DNA of 63,917 nt, filler included, from Pelomyxa schiedti (lineage: Eukaryota > Protista > Evosea), in assembly GCA_020536535.1 (NCBI GenBank). It is 11 parts of 11 records of this genome, joined end to end, with 100 filler letters (N's around TTAATTAATTAA, not from the genome) between each part and the next. Parts side by side here need not be neighbours in the genome. Positions count along the whole stretch, not along the records: positions 9,930 to 16,126 come from JAHLWZ010001442.1; positions 16,227 to 29,885 come from JAHLWZ010000654.1; 9 more parts are not named here. One strand, given 5' to 3'. The translations under genes were made by a program, and so were the position numbers. Under the pieces are notes generated by a model. The model searched no databases. It saw only the letters and a list, made by a program, of their open reading frames with translations, and was not told the origin of the DNA. Below are positions 10,437-22,800 of this stretch, piece after piece (positions within the stretch are counted from its first letter, which is position 1; each line of letters starts with the position of its first letter).

Positions 10437-13266
10437 ATGTCTTGTTGGACTACATTGTGGATCTCGCTGTTCGTGGTTGTCGTCGTGTGCGATCGCTTTG
10501 CTGGTGCCGCTTCTTCGTCTTCATTTGCTCCTATTTCCTCGTGCATGGGGCAGTCATCGGGGTTCTACTGCCAGAGTGCGACATCGTACGCATGGTGTTA
10601 CGGAGTTTCCTCGCCTGCGACTTACGCTTGTCCCTCGGGATTGACGTGCAAGTGCGCTTATACCACCGAGAACCCTTGCGTTTGGTATTTTCTCCTCTCT
10701 CCTTTGCTACTTAGGCTTTTTCCTTACGTGATACGACAGGCCGTCTACAGAAATGAAATGTGCTGGTATGCGAGCTCTGACAACGCGGCACTATTAACTC
10801 GTGATTTTAGGTGTATCTGACCCCAGCGAATCAGAGTCTCTGATCTCTGGATCTGAAGACAGCGATGGTGGGTTCTTACACCAACTCCTCGTGTTGAGTC
10901 TAATGTCTTTTTCAGTTGAACTTCATATCATGAATCGCAGCACCCACTTGCCACTTGTTGTTAAGCTTGACCAAGCCTCATGGCAAGATCAGTTGCGCAC
11001 TTTAATGGCTTTGCCTTCTTACGATTCGGCAACGACTTATACTCCAACTGGTTCTGACTACCAGTGCTCTTTCCACCCCCCACAAAAGGTACCTGGCACA
11101 ATTACACTATTAACGCACTCCTAACGGCTGTTGTAGTACGATAATAATCCAACACAAATGTGGATAGGTTTACCAAATCCTACATTTTTTCTTTGCTAAT
11201 TTTGAAAAGGACGCCCCAGTTCAACTACAACAATTTCTATGACCCCTGGGGTTACCATTCGCCTTCCTGATAAGTATCTCGGTCTCTTCTTGGCCTATGC
11301 TCTGGATCAATACGGATTGTAGGGACTGCTTACTTTTACAACTTCACTTACCATTTTTTTAGGAACCCAAGTATGCTTCTGTCACTTGCAGCAAAAGAAA
11401 GTTTCATGCCCGTGATATTCAAAGAGCAAGACAACTCCTATTTCATTGTAAACGATCCAAATGCTCACTACGATTGCTATGCCTCTACCAAGTAATATCA
11501 CATCCGTTTTACCCTTCTAATAACTCTTTTTTTCAGGGAAGGTCTCTGTGTGGACAACAATCTTGATGGCCCTTTCCAAGTAGAAACTGGTGGAATGTCC
11601 TCAGATGTCAGTGCTTTCGCATATCGCTTCTACACGGGTTCTGACAGGTAGATGGGCTGTACCTTACAACAATAACGTTCCTTGAAATAGTATCCCCAAG
11701 TCCAGCAGAAGCCCAAGGTACATCACAGATAATGAGGTAATGGTGCTCCCGGGATTCAGAGCTTTCCATGATTCCTACACATTGGATATGGGCCGAGCTG
11801 TTGTTCTAACTGCTTTGGACTTCCATTTCCGGCATAATGTAATGATGACCATGAAAAAGAGTAAGTATTTTAGAATAACTCTCTGGCTTTAAAAAATCTT
11901 CACTAGTTGGATTGTATGATGCACTTTCCCGTAGAACTCTACGCTCAGCCAGAGATTCTCTGGAGTTTGCAGTGTCTATGTATGGTTACAACAGGGGAAT
12001 TTTTGACACCCAAATTACCACAATGCTTTCTGGTTGTGGCCCCACTGCCGATCCAGCTGTGTATGCTCCCTTGAGCTCTACCCTAACATTGATTTGCACA
12101 ATGAAGGGATTGTCATCTCGATGGCTATGGAGGTCATACTGTAAACATACGTGATGCCTGCCGTTTACTCGATTCTGCTCCTGCTAATGAGTTGTATGAC
12201 TCTTATGTGCTCTCATCAGATGTGGCTTTCTTCATAGATGTAGTGCTTCTTTTTTTTTGGATTTCACTGATCTACTGTGAAGAAACTGGCGTCGACCTAT
12301 CCCTATGATAGTGTGCAACCATTCCATGGCCCCATTGATTGGACAGCTATTCGCACAGACGCACAGACAGCGTTTAATCTCCTTCAGGCTCATAGACAAG
12401 CTAAAAATGGTATACTCTCTTTCTCATTAGTGCTCACACCGCTTCAAGGTGACTCCAATTCTGGAATTTCTTTCCGATATGACTGGAGAGCTCTTTTAGC
12501 CGTAATACGAATGCACTTACCCCCAAGAGAGTTCCTTGTTGGGCCTTCTGTTTTGGTAAATCTTTTCCAAGTCTCCACGATCTTCCAATCTACTACAGAA
12601 CTTCGAACAATTCTGGGGAAACACACACAATCCCGAATTGGGACCCATTCAGGCTCCGAGTGCTTTCCCGACGTCGTTCTGCAGCTTAGCTGGGGGTGAG
12701 ACAAATCTGTGTGGGTACGCTATTTACTTTCTACCGATTATTGTCATTCCCCTTTAATCTAGGACTTCTCCGGTTGATGATTCATGCCCTTCTGACCCAT
12801 TCAAGACTACTCCAGGGTTCGTTTTTTCTTCCCCTTCCACACTGTTAAGTCTTGTGTAGGGTCTGTGGCTGTGGAGTACCAGACACCGATACGGACGGAG
12901 ATAAAACCCCTGATTGCCATGATGGTTGCCCCTCAGACCCCAACAAAGTTGCACCAGGTGTTTGCGGCTGCGGAGTTAGTGATTCACTGGCACCAAGTTG
13001 CACATCCGATCCAGCAAGTACAACAATAAGTAATCCCCACCCATGCGAAAATGACCTCCACCTAACTTTCTTCAGCGTGCCTCAGTGGTGCTCTCACCTG
13101 CCACAGTAACATTCTTGCTTGCCTTGAGGATGCCTATTCCAAAGGTCATACCACGTGCAGCTCAGCAGTCCCTGCGTGCGCTAGTGCCTGGGCCTCATGT
13201 GCCACTACTAACTACGGTTGCACAGTCACCCAGTCCCTTGTGGATTCTCTGGTGGGCTGTTGTTGA
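10437..13266 (+). CDS. Secreted multi-exon protein: signal peptide, Cys-rich chitin-binding-like module, lysozyme/SLT-like domain, TSP3-like Ca-binding repeats, Cys-rich tail
   Basis: Hydrophobic N-terminus LWISLFVVVVVC. Module CMGQSSGFYC...YAWC...CPSGLTC. SLT-like motifs in order: NPSMLLSLAAKES (~11364-11402), DGPFQVE (~11566-11586), YGYNRG (~11981-11998). DTDGDKTPDCHDGCPSDPNKVAPGVCGCG (~12890-12970). Ends VGCC-TGA at 13266. Exons were assembled by eye. Confidence 0.65.
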
Positions 13267-13366
13267 GAAGCTTTTGTTTTCCCTTGTTCGTTCTAAAGAA
13301 AAAGAATACTACATTCCCCAAGAATTCTTTTGACTGCACAAGCCATCAATCCATACATACAAAGAA

Positions 13367-13540
13367 TTAGGATTTGTTGGAGTTTTGGGACCCGGCTGGT
13401 TTTGTGACAGTGACACCCTCGGGGCGAGTCCACTGAGTGCACCTCGTGACGCGATTTATGTAGTAGACTCTGCCTGTACTGGCGTCGGTGTGCTCTTCCC
13501 AGGCGTCTGCCGGTTTGACTTGCTGTTCGGTGCTAGACAT
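13367..13540 (-). CDS. WW-domain microprotein (57 aa)
   Basis: MSSTEQQVKPADAWEEHTDASTGRVYYINRVTRCTQWTRP contains a canonical W...G(R/K)xYY.N....TQW..P WW motif. Confidence 0.7.
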   Translation of the reverse strand: MSSTEQQVKPADAWEEHTDASTGRVYYINRVTRCTQWTRPEGVTVTKPAGSQNSNKS

Positions 13541-13665
13541 TATGGGATCTGGTTGTTGTTGGTTGGGACGCGAGGAGAAAGGGGAAGGCACACAACGGTT
13601 CGGGCTCTAAGCGGTGAAAAGAAAGAAAAAAATACCGAAAACGAAACAACAGATTGATCTTCTTA

Positions 13666-14210
13666 ATGATGGACTTGGGTGACGCGGCAGCAGGGAGATT
13701 GGTCCATAGTGTAGGAACAAGTGTGGCCCGTTGCGTGGATCTCAGTAGATCTGCTGGTGTTGCCGGGCACACACGGAGTTCGCCGGCGCATAGACGTTTC
13801 AGTCAATCTTCGCACGGACGCGCCGAGGAGCATACACACACCGGAGAGCACTCTCAGGGCACTAGGGGGAGGAAATTCTTTGGCGCTGCGTCTTGGGCGG
13901 TAGGCGGATCTGTTGCCGCGTGTTTCCTGGCTGGCTTTTATTGCCTGCGCAGAGCGAACGAGGGCGAGGAACTTGGCGACGACCAAGTACTGGGTGTGCA
14001 CGACAAAAAGTGTGTGGAGTTGGGCGACGGCGACGCTCCCAATGGAAAGGATGGCGGCACAAAGGCTGAGCAAAGTGGCCTCGGTGTGGTTGGCGAGGAG
14101 CCTTCCATCCGGGGTCCTGATGCGGAGCGAATTATAGCCACTGCTATGTGGTTGGTTCCTGTAGTACTCTTCACGTCCCCTCTCCTGGTGAGCATTCTAA
14201 CCAGAATTTG

Positions 14211-14254
<44 letters not shown>

Positions 14255-15846
14255 CCCCCCCCTTAGCATAGTTTCTTCTTCCTCTCACGGCTTCAGCTAA
14301 TCCATTCAGCGTCTCTGGACAAAATGTGGTACGAACTTGTTTGTTGGGGAATAGAGCATGCTGGCCCAATTTGGGTGAAATTTGGGCAATGGCTTTCAGT
14401 GCGTTCAGACCTTTTACCCCCGGAACTTTGCAAGTAATCTTTCTTTTATTCAGCTCCTGCTATTAATGATATTCCCTATGCACTAGAACCTTTTGACTCA
14501 ACAACAGGAGCCTCTCGCGGTTGCACTCAAAATGTGCAGAGCACCCATTTGAATACACAAAAAAATCAATTGAACAGGCTTTTGGTGAACCAATTGAGAA
14601 GATATTTTCATCCCTGAGTACAAGTCCAGTGGCCTCTGGTTCTATTGCGCAGGTCAGGTTCCAAAATTATTTCCCTTCCTTTACATATTGCAAGAACAGG
14701 TCCACAAGGGCACACTTCATGCTCACCCGGAATTGGCAGTTGCTGTTAAAGTTCTTCATCCAGGTGTATGTGAGCACCTTATGACAGATCTGCATGTGAT
14801 TCGCTCGGTAGCTCGAGCCATTTCATCTGTTCATGAAGGAGCTGGATGGATTTCTCTTGTTGACATGGTGGACCAATTTTCGAGGTGCATGCTTGCACAT
14901 GCCAACTTACATTTGGAGGCTGATAATTTGAATTCCTTCTGCAACTCCTTTGGGTCTGTATCTGTAATAGGCAAGCACGGGCGTTATAGCTTACCACGAG
15001 TTCGCTTTTCTGATGTTGCATTTCCCCGAGTTATTGGCAATATGGTCAGCAAAGAAGTACTGGTGGAGACTTTCGAGGATGGAGTGCCATTGAATGATAT
15101 GCTTGCTTTGGGGAACACCGAATTAAACCAAAGAATTGCCGAGGTTGGGGCATCAGCATTTTTTGATATGGTTTTCCGTCATCAGTTACTACGTAAGAGA
15201 CTTCCTTGTTTCAAGGTACATACTTACTCCCCAAACAGACATGGACCTCCACCCAGGCAATATACTATTTCGCCCGCATCCAAAAAGGGGCACAATTTTC
15301 TCTAAGATACTCTCAAAGTTTTATTTGGGACAGCGCAAAGACATTCAGCTTGTTTTTCTCGACCCAGGATTAACAACACCCGTGACCGATGAACAAGTAA
15401 CGAACTTGCGCGACCTTTGCCAGTGTGTCTTCTCCTGTTCTTATGGTGAAATTTATTGTTCCAGGGCAGTCATCTTTGGGGATACAGAACTCGGTGCCAG
15501 ACTGATGCTAGAACGCGCACCCCTCAAGCCCAATGATATCAAAAACAACCAAAGGAATGGAGAACAATTCGTTCACTCTATGGCAGGCATATTACAGCAA
15601 GCAAGGCAGCTCACAAGTACAAACCTTGGCTTACTTCCAGTATGGACAATCCTCGGCTCCGCAGTGGAAACATCCAGAAGGCACAGAGTACGTTTGGATA
15701 CAGGACTCACCAATGTAATTCTTGCTGCCGTGGTTCTAGAAGGGCTCGGCAAAAAACTGGATCCCACAATGTGCCTCCTCCCCATAGTCGCCGAGAAAGC
15801 TGCCCAACGGCTCCCAGCGGAACCACTAAGGCCGGAGTGGTCCTGA
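13666..15846 (+). CDS. ADCK2: ABC1/UbiB (AarF-domain) atypical kinase, ADCK2-like, multi-exon
   Basis: GPIWVKFGQWLSVRSDLLPPELC, ASGSIAQV, VAVKVLHP, LHLEADNL, VLVETFEDG, H|MDLHPGNIL and VFLDPGL. N-terminal R/S-rich leader followed by a hydrophobic segment. The ADCK2 subfamily call is from motif recall. Confidence 0.8.
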
Positions 15847-16450
15847 ATTGCTACTAGTCTTCTAAATCTAAACAAACACATACATCAAAAATTAATCGCC
15901 TTAATTCAAAAATAGAAAAAAATAAGACGATGCGGTCGGCAACTGGTTCACCGTCTTTTTTTTTGCCCGTTCGCCCCGTAACTGCCGGAAAGGGGAAGAT
16001 GAACGTACGCAACAAGCGACACCTCCGAAGAGCAAAAGACCAAAAACAACGAAAGATGAGCTGGTCCTTTCCACAACTGAGCTTCCTTAAACTAAACAAT
16101 GGCAAGAAAAGTGAAGTAGAATCTCTNNNNNNNNNNNNNNNNNNNNNNNNNNNNNNNNNNNNNNNNNNNNTTAATTAATTAANNNNNNNNNNNNNNNNNN
16201 NNNNNNNNNNNNNNNNNNNNNNNNNNATTGAAGAAGTACATGAGGATACTACCAAAAAGCCTGAAGGCAAAAGCTGCTGCTGACAAAACAACACAAGCAA
16301 AACAAAACAAAAACAAAATCACAATCCCACAAAGTACACACAGCATCGCTGAGGAATTTGAAATTTCAAGACCCTTCGGCATCGTTTCTTTTAAATTGCG
16401 TTTTTTTTTTCTTTCCCTTGATCAAAGCAGCGGTGTTAATACACACTACC

Positions 16451-16982
16451 ATGGCATCGACGACAAGTGCCGCAACAGCATCCACGACGACGGATCTGAA
16501 GCTAGCTGTCATCGGCCCATCAGGGTGCGCCCTCTGCTTGGTTTTTTGTGGTTTGGTTTTGTTTTGTTTTGTTTTGTGTTCTTGTTTTGTCTCCCACAAT
16601 TGACGTGGGTTTTTTGTGCTTTTAGTTCAGGCAAGACGACGATGATAAGGAGACTGTTGAGGAAGGAAGTGGATGTACCATACAAGGTGTGCTGTTACTT
16701 GTTGAACTTTTTGCATCTTCTTAACTTGGTCACATTAATAACACCAACGATGGTAGCCAACAATAGCAGGTGACTTTTGCTCCGTGCCCTTTGACCATGA
16801 TGGTGTTAAGCGAACGGTTGCCGTTTGGGATACTGCAGGTAATATGACAAATTTATGGCTGTGTGTTGCACTCGACTAATCACATCCTCTTATAAAATAC
16901 TAACATACATGTATGGCAGGCCAAGAGCGCTATGCAAAACTGTCAAGGCTCTACTACAAGGGTACCTTCCCCTTTTCTATGA
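16451..16982 (+). CDS. Rab-family GTPase B, 5' half (continues at 18426-18930)
   Basis: LKLAVIGPSG|SGKTT, YK|PTIAGDF, VWDTAG|QERY across GT-AG introns. The last 121 bp are identical to 18305-18425. Confidence 0.8.
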
Positions 16983-17244
16983 NNNNNNNNNNNNNNNNNN
17001 NNNNNNNNNNNNNNNNNNNNNNNNNNNNNNNNNNNNNNNNNNNNNNNNNNNNNNNNNNNNNNNNNNNNNNNNNNNNNNNNNNTGTGTGTGTTGTTGTTCG
17101 CGTTGGCGTTTGCTTAATCGTAAGATCCCGCTGAGGGACCACACGTCCGATGTAACACGCACGATCATTACTCACTCGCGCACGGCACGCACTTTATCAT
17201 GCGAACGCGAATGTGTTTTTACGTTGGGTGTGTTTTTGTTTTAG

Positions 17245-18140
17245 CGCAGGGAAGACAACCATGGTAAAAAGACTTCAGGGGAAGCCATCCACCGATGTTA
17301 CTTACAAGGTAGGGTAGTATTGCCTCTAGGTTTTTGCCGGCTTAGTCTTACCTACCACTCACACAACGTCCATTGTACAGGCTACAATTGGTGCTGATTT
17401 TTGCACTGTGATGTTTGACCGCGAGGGAATCCGAAAAGCAGTTCAAGTTTGGGATACTGCCGGTATCCTGTGTCCAATGCATATTATTACTAACGATAAT
17501 GGCTAACGAAATTCCCAGGTCAAGAGCAGTACGCGAAGATGACAAGACTTTACTACGCAGGTTTCTTTCATTCACACTGACTCTATGGGCTTATGATTTT
17601 CATTATTCCCTGGAAGGATCTCATGCTGTGCTGCTAGTCTATGATAGATCTGATCGCAATTCATTTGATGGCCTGAGGTCTCACTTTGAGCTTTCGCAAG
17701 AAGTTGTACCTCCAACAGAGGCTGTTTACTTCGTGGTTGGGAACAAAACCGACATCGATAACAATGTGTGTAATTCCCAGCTGATGAAATCCTATGAATC
17801 TCACTCAAAGAGATAGGATGACGAGCACGCGGTTGAGTCTTGGTGTGACGAGCACCAATTCAGGTTCATGCAATGCAGTGCCCTCACAGGGGAAAATGTC
17901 CAGCGAATATTCGACTCCGTCATCATGGAAACAATAACCAGACAATCCCTCACGCCGACAATGGCACCCGCCGCTGACCTCGCAAGCGGAGCAACAACCA
18001 CGACAACAACAACTCAGTATGTACTTTCAAATAGGCAAACAAAATCTAACCCAGCACCAAGGATTGACCCTGATAAAGTTTCCATTGAAGAAGTACATGA
18101 GGATACTACCAAAAAGCCTGAAGGCAAAAGCTGCTGCTGA
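17245..18140 (+). CDS. Rab-family GTPase A (Rab7-like), first exon missing in the gap
   Basis: AGKTT, TYK|ATIGADF (Rab7-type switch I), VWDTAG|QEQY, LLVYD, VVGNKTD, CSA. C-terminal KSCC prenylation motif. Confidence 0.85.
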
Positions 18141-18425
18141 CAAAACAACACAAGCAAAACAAAACAAAAACAAAATCACAATCCCACAAAGTACACACAG
18201 CATCNNNNNNNNNNNNNNNNNNNNNNNNNNNNNNNNNNNNNNNNNNNNNNNNNNNNNNNNNNNNNNNNNNNNNNNNNNNNNNNNNNNNNNNNNNNNNNNN
18301 NNNNTGTGTTGCACTCGACTAATCACATCCTCTTATAAAATACTAACATACATGTATGGCAGGCCAAGAGCGCTATGCAAAACTGTCAAGGCTCTACTAC
18401 AAGGGTACCTTCCCCTTTTCTATGA

Positions 18426-18930
18426 AATACACTTTTTGTCGCTAATTTTACTCTGAAAGATTCCAATGCAGTGTTTTTGGTCTATGATGTGTCTGATCGG
18501 CAGTCGTTTGACGGTTTGAGGCCCTTTTGGGAAGACGCAAAGGAGGTGCTGGACAGAAAATCTGTTGTTTTCTATGTGATTGGGAATAAGACTGACCTTG
18601 GGGAAGCGGTGTGTACTCAATTCCCAACTCCGCTATGCTAATGCGAAGTAGGTGGATCAACACACTGTAGAAGCATGGTGTGATGAAAATGGCTTTACGC
18701 ACATGACATGCTCTGCCAGGACAGGAGACAATCTCCAACGAATTTTCGAGTCCATAATCATGGACACTGTACACAGACAATCCATCCAGGAAGTGAATCT
18801 TTTGAATGACTCCCAAGCGCTGTATGTTAGCAAACACATTTTCCTATGATACTCATACAAAACAAGCCGTGAGCCTCACCTTGTGAGAGTAGAGGAACCA
18901 GTGGAACCGAAAAAGAAAGGTTGTTGCTAA
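18426..18930 (+). CDS. Rab-family GTPase B, 3' half
   Basis: SNAVFLVYDVSDRQSF, VIGNKTD, TCSARTG. Ends KKKGCC-TAA at 18930. Confidence 0.8.
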
Positions 18931-19848
18931 GTAGGACTAAAGCAATTTTCTTTTTTCGTTTTCCATCATTTACCATATTGTTTCTTCCATGTATTGGAGA
19001 TACTCCTTGCCAAATTTAAGAATAAGTTGTTGTTGTTCATGGTGTCTTCTTATCAGGGTTGCGCCAGTGTCAATAATAGAAAGCCAAGTGGCCGTCATCC
19101 TATAGCAAACACAAATTCAAATAAGTCCGATTTTAGGAAGAGAGAAATACCACGCCCCACAAGCCATGGGATAGGTTATGTTCTCCACAATACCGAGAAC
19201 ATATATTGGGTGCCGGAAGTACTTGTAGGGTCCCGTCTTTATTAGTCTATGAAAGTCCATCAGCAAATGTGTTTTTTGTTTGAGTTTTTGGTGATTTAGT
19301 TTAGCATTAGGTACCTGTGCTGGTTTTGAACTATTACATTCACGCTGTAAAATTCTTGTAGCTCTTTAATGCACAGGAACCTGAAGTACCACACAACTGG
19401 TGTGATACACAAGCACGTGACACACAATTGCCAAGGCAGTGTGCTACCAAGCAAACATATTTCCAACAGTATCTAATGCGCAGATAAATAACCAACATAT
19501 ATAAGATGCCGTATACGAACTGAACCAGGCGTCAAGAATCCACACAACATGAACACAACAGAAATAAACTGTGATGACACATCCCCTTTCTTTTCAGTGC
19601 GGTTTTTACTATGCGCATACGCCTCTAAAAACCTAACAAACAACAAATAAATTTTATTCCAATTCCTCTATGTATGTATTTACCCTTTTGCTGTTGCCAA
19701 CACCGCGAAAATGCCAAGAGGCAAAGGGTTAAACTGAAGCTTAATCATTTTTTTCCCGTAATTGTGAGGAAAGACGAGACGAGAGTTTGGTTGGTGCTTG
19801 TTGGAAGTGCAAACAACAGGAAAAAAAACAGACTATGGAATATTTCAT

Positions 19849-22800
19849 TTATAGACAACCCAAGGCACCAGTTGCTAGTTCCTGTACACTCCTGTTTGAG
19901 GTGTGATTCCTCTGTGCTTGTTCTATGTACTCCCTGGCTCCATACTGATTGATTGTAGCTTTGTTTGCTGTGCGGAAATGTTGGGTTACAAATAGGAGGC
20001 ACAGCAAAGTTAACAAACCAGTATTCTGATAGGCCAAACTCCATAGTGCTCCGCATGCATTCTGTTGAACACCAGCATGATTGGGGTGTGCTCTCATTGC
20101 TGACAATACACTCATTATGCCCCCTTCCTCAGCAACTTTGACCTTGTTATCTACAATGACTTAGTTGACGAATTGTTAGAGATTACCATACCTGCGTTGA
20201 TTCCGAGGCTTCGCAGAGCACCGCAGCCGTTCTCCTGAACACCGGTATGCTGCAGGTGGTTGCTCATTGCAGCCATAACAAGGGAAATACCTCCCTCTTT
20301 GGCAATCAGAACTTTGTACTCTGTAGTTGAGTCAGTTATTGGGTATTCTTGAATGGAAGGGGGCAGACCGGCGTAAGAGGCGATGTTCCATAGGGCTCCG
20401 CAACAGTTTTGCTGGACCACAGGGACATTGGTGTGTATTCTCATTGCTGTCATAACAGCTTGAATTCCTCCTTCCTTTACAATTCTTATCTGGTTGGCTA
20501 ATAGGAGTTAGCAGGAAAGTTGCAGTCTTGACGTGGTAAATTACTTGTATTGTTGTAAGCAAGGTCTTTCAGACATTCACTGCCATGCTGCTGAATGGCG
20601 GCGTGTTGTCTGTGAGCTTTCATGACTGCGAGGACTTGTTCTATACCACCCTTGTTAGCAATTGGATTCTGGTTATCTGAAGGAACATTAAGAGGGTTTA
20701 ACGGGGCGACGGAACAAACCGCCATGTGCGCACAGGGCTCGCAAAGCTCCACAAGCCTTTTCAAGTACTACATCATTTTGTACATGCTCCTTCATTGCTG
20801 CCAAGATACAATCGATTCCGCCCTCATTGGCAATTCGTGTCTGGTTAACTGTAGAGTTGTGACATATAGGAAAAACGAAATAAAATAAATACCAACTGTT
20901 ACGGAGAGGTTCCATAGAGTCCAGCATGAATACTGCTGTACGGAAGCATGCTGGGGGTGCGCTTTCATCGCTGCTAAGACACAAGCTATTCCTCCTTCAG
21001 AAGCAATCAAAACCTGGTTTTCTGAAGAAAAGGGTTAAATTCCTATGCTGAAACAGTTTAGAGTACCATTAAGAACTGCCAGATTTTGTAAGCACCCACA
21101 GGCATTATGTTGTACAGGGGCAGCTTGGGGGTGCGTTCTCATAGCCAGCAGAATCAACTGGGCCGCACCCTGAGTTGCAATTTTGGATTTATTTTCTGAG
21201 CATGGTAAGTGTTACAGACAGAAGAGAAGATGTAGCACTACCAGTATTTACAGCAAGACTCCATAATGCGCCACAGGCTTTTTCTTGCACTGTGGCATTG
21301 GAAGGGTGTGCCTTCATTATCGCCGTAATGCAAGCTATACCACCTTCTGCAGCAAACTTGACCTTGTTGTCTTCGATGGAGTTAGAAAGGAGAGAACAAT
21401 GATCACCAGAACCGGAATTTAAAGCGATATTCCACAATGCCATGCAAGCATTTTGGCAAAACGGAGCATTACTTGTGTGTGCCCGCATCGCAGTTATAAC
21501 GGATGTAATGGCTCCTTGTTGTGCAAGTTGCACCTGGTTGTCTATTTCCATGAGGTGATGCTTGAACTTAAAAAGACTAGACCTGCATTCACAGCAAGGT
21601 TCCAAAGAGCTCCACACGCCTTTTCTTGGATAATTGCCACTGATGGGTGTGCTTTCATGGCTGCCAAGACACTTGTGAGCCCTCCAGCACGAGATATGGC
21701 AACTTGATTATCTGCATCCGGGGCAAGGTTCCACAAACTCCAGCAACCGTACTGTTGTACATCTGCACTTTATTGAGATGGAATTAATACTGTAGTTTAG
21801 ACTAACTTGTACTAGTTGGATGGTTTTTCATTGCCGCAATAACCAGAGGAATGCCTCCAGCCTCAGCAATGGCTTTCAGGTTATCTGGGTTTTATAAGGG
21901 GATGACCTCACTCATTTCCCAAAGCAACCTTTGTTAACAGCAAGGTTTTGCATCAAACCACAACAGTTATGTTGAACCGCAGCGTTGTTGGGGAAAGCCT
22001 TCATTGCAGCAATTAAAAGTGCTATTCCGCCATCTTGACCAATCTTTGCTTTGTTTTCTGTATGGGTTTTAGTACTTCAGAAAGGGAAAGAATGGGTAGA
22101 CCTGTATTAACAGCAAGGCTCCAGAGAGCGCCAATTCCTTTCTCTTGTACCACCGAGTTTGAAGGGAAAGACTTAAGAGAAAGCATTACAGAGCTGACTC
22201 CTCCCAATTTGGCAATCTGCACTTGATTTTCTACTCTCATAAGAAAAAGACAAGGATCTCTCTATTGTACCGGAGTTGAGACCAATATTCCACAGTGCTA
22301 AGCAGCCATACTGCTGCACGGCAGCATCATCGACATGAGTCTTCATTGATGCCAGCACGCATTCAATACCACCTTCACGTGCAATTTGAACTTGGTTACC
22401 TAAAGTGCGTGAGTCCAAATAGCCACTTAAGAAAATGTTACTAGTATCAATGGCAAGGTATTGGAAAGCTTCTCCAGCATTTGCTTGGACCCCAGCATTT
22501 TCGAAGTGTGTTCTCATCGCTGTTAGAATGAGACTGATGGCACCTTCACTGGACAGTCGGGTTCTGTTTTCTACGTACTAGTGAATATAACTTGATGTAA
22601 TCACTTAAATAAGGAAGTACCTGCATTTACCCAGCACAAATTCCTTATACAGCCACAACTGTATTGCTGGACAACACCGTTGTGTGGGTGTGCTGTCATT
22701 GCTTGTATTATTAAGTCACACCCACCTTCTCGGCTTAAAAGGGATTGATTGTCTGGTTTTTGGAAATGGTTGGGTTTCGTTTTTTCGCCTTTGTTTCCAA

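Noticed and set aside
14213-14253. Long poly-T run as a retroposon tail
   Set aside because: It lies inside an intron of the ABC1 kinase with no TSD, and T-rich first introns recur across this window.
16227-18456. Apparent array of three or four Rab genes and duplicated MKKYMRILPKSLK ORFs
   Set aside because: Explained by two 121-bp contig-end overlaps. The small ORF is an alternative frame of the Rab A 3' end.
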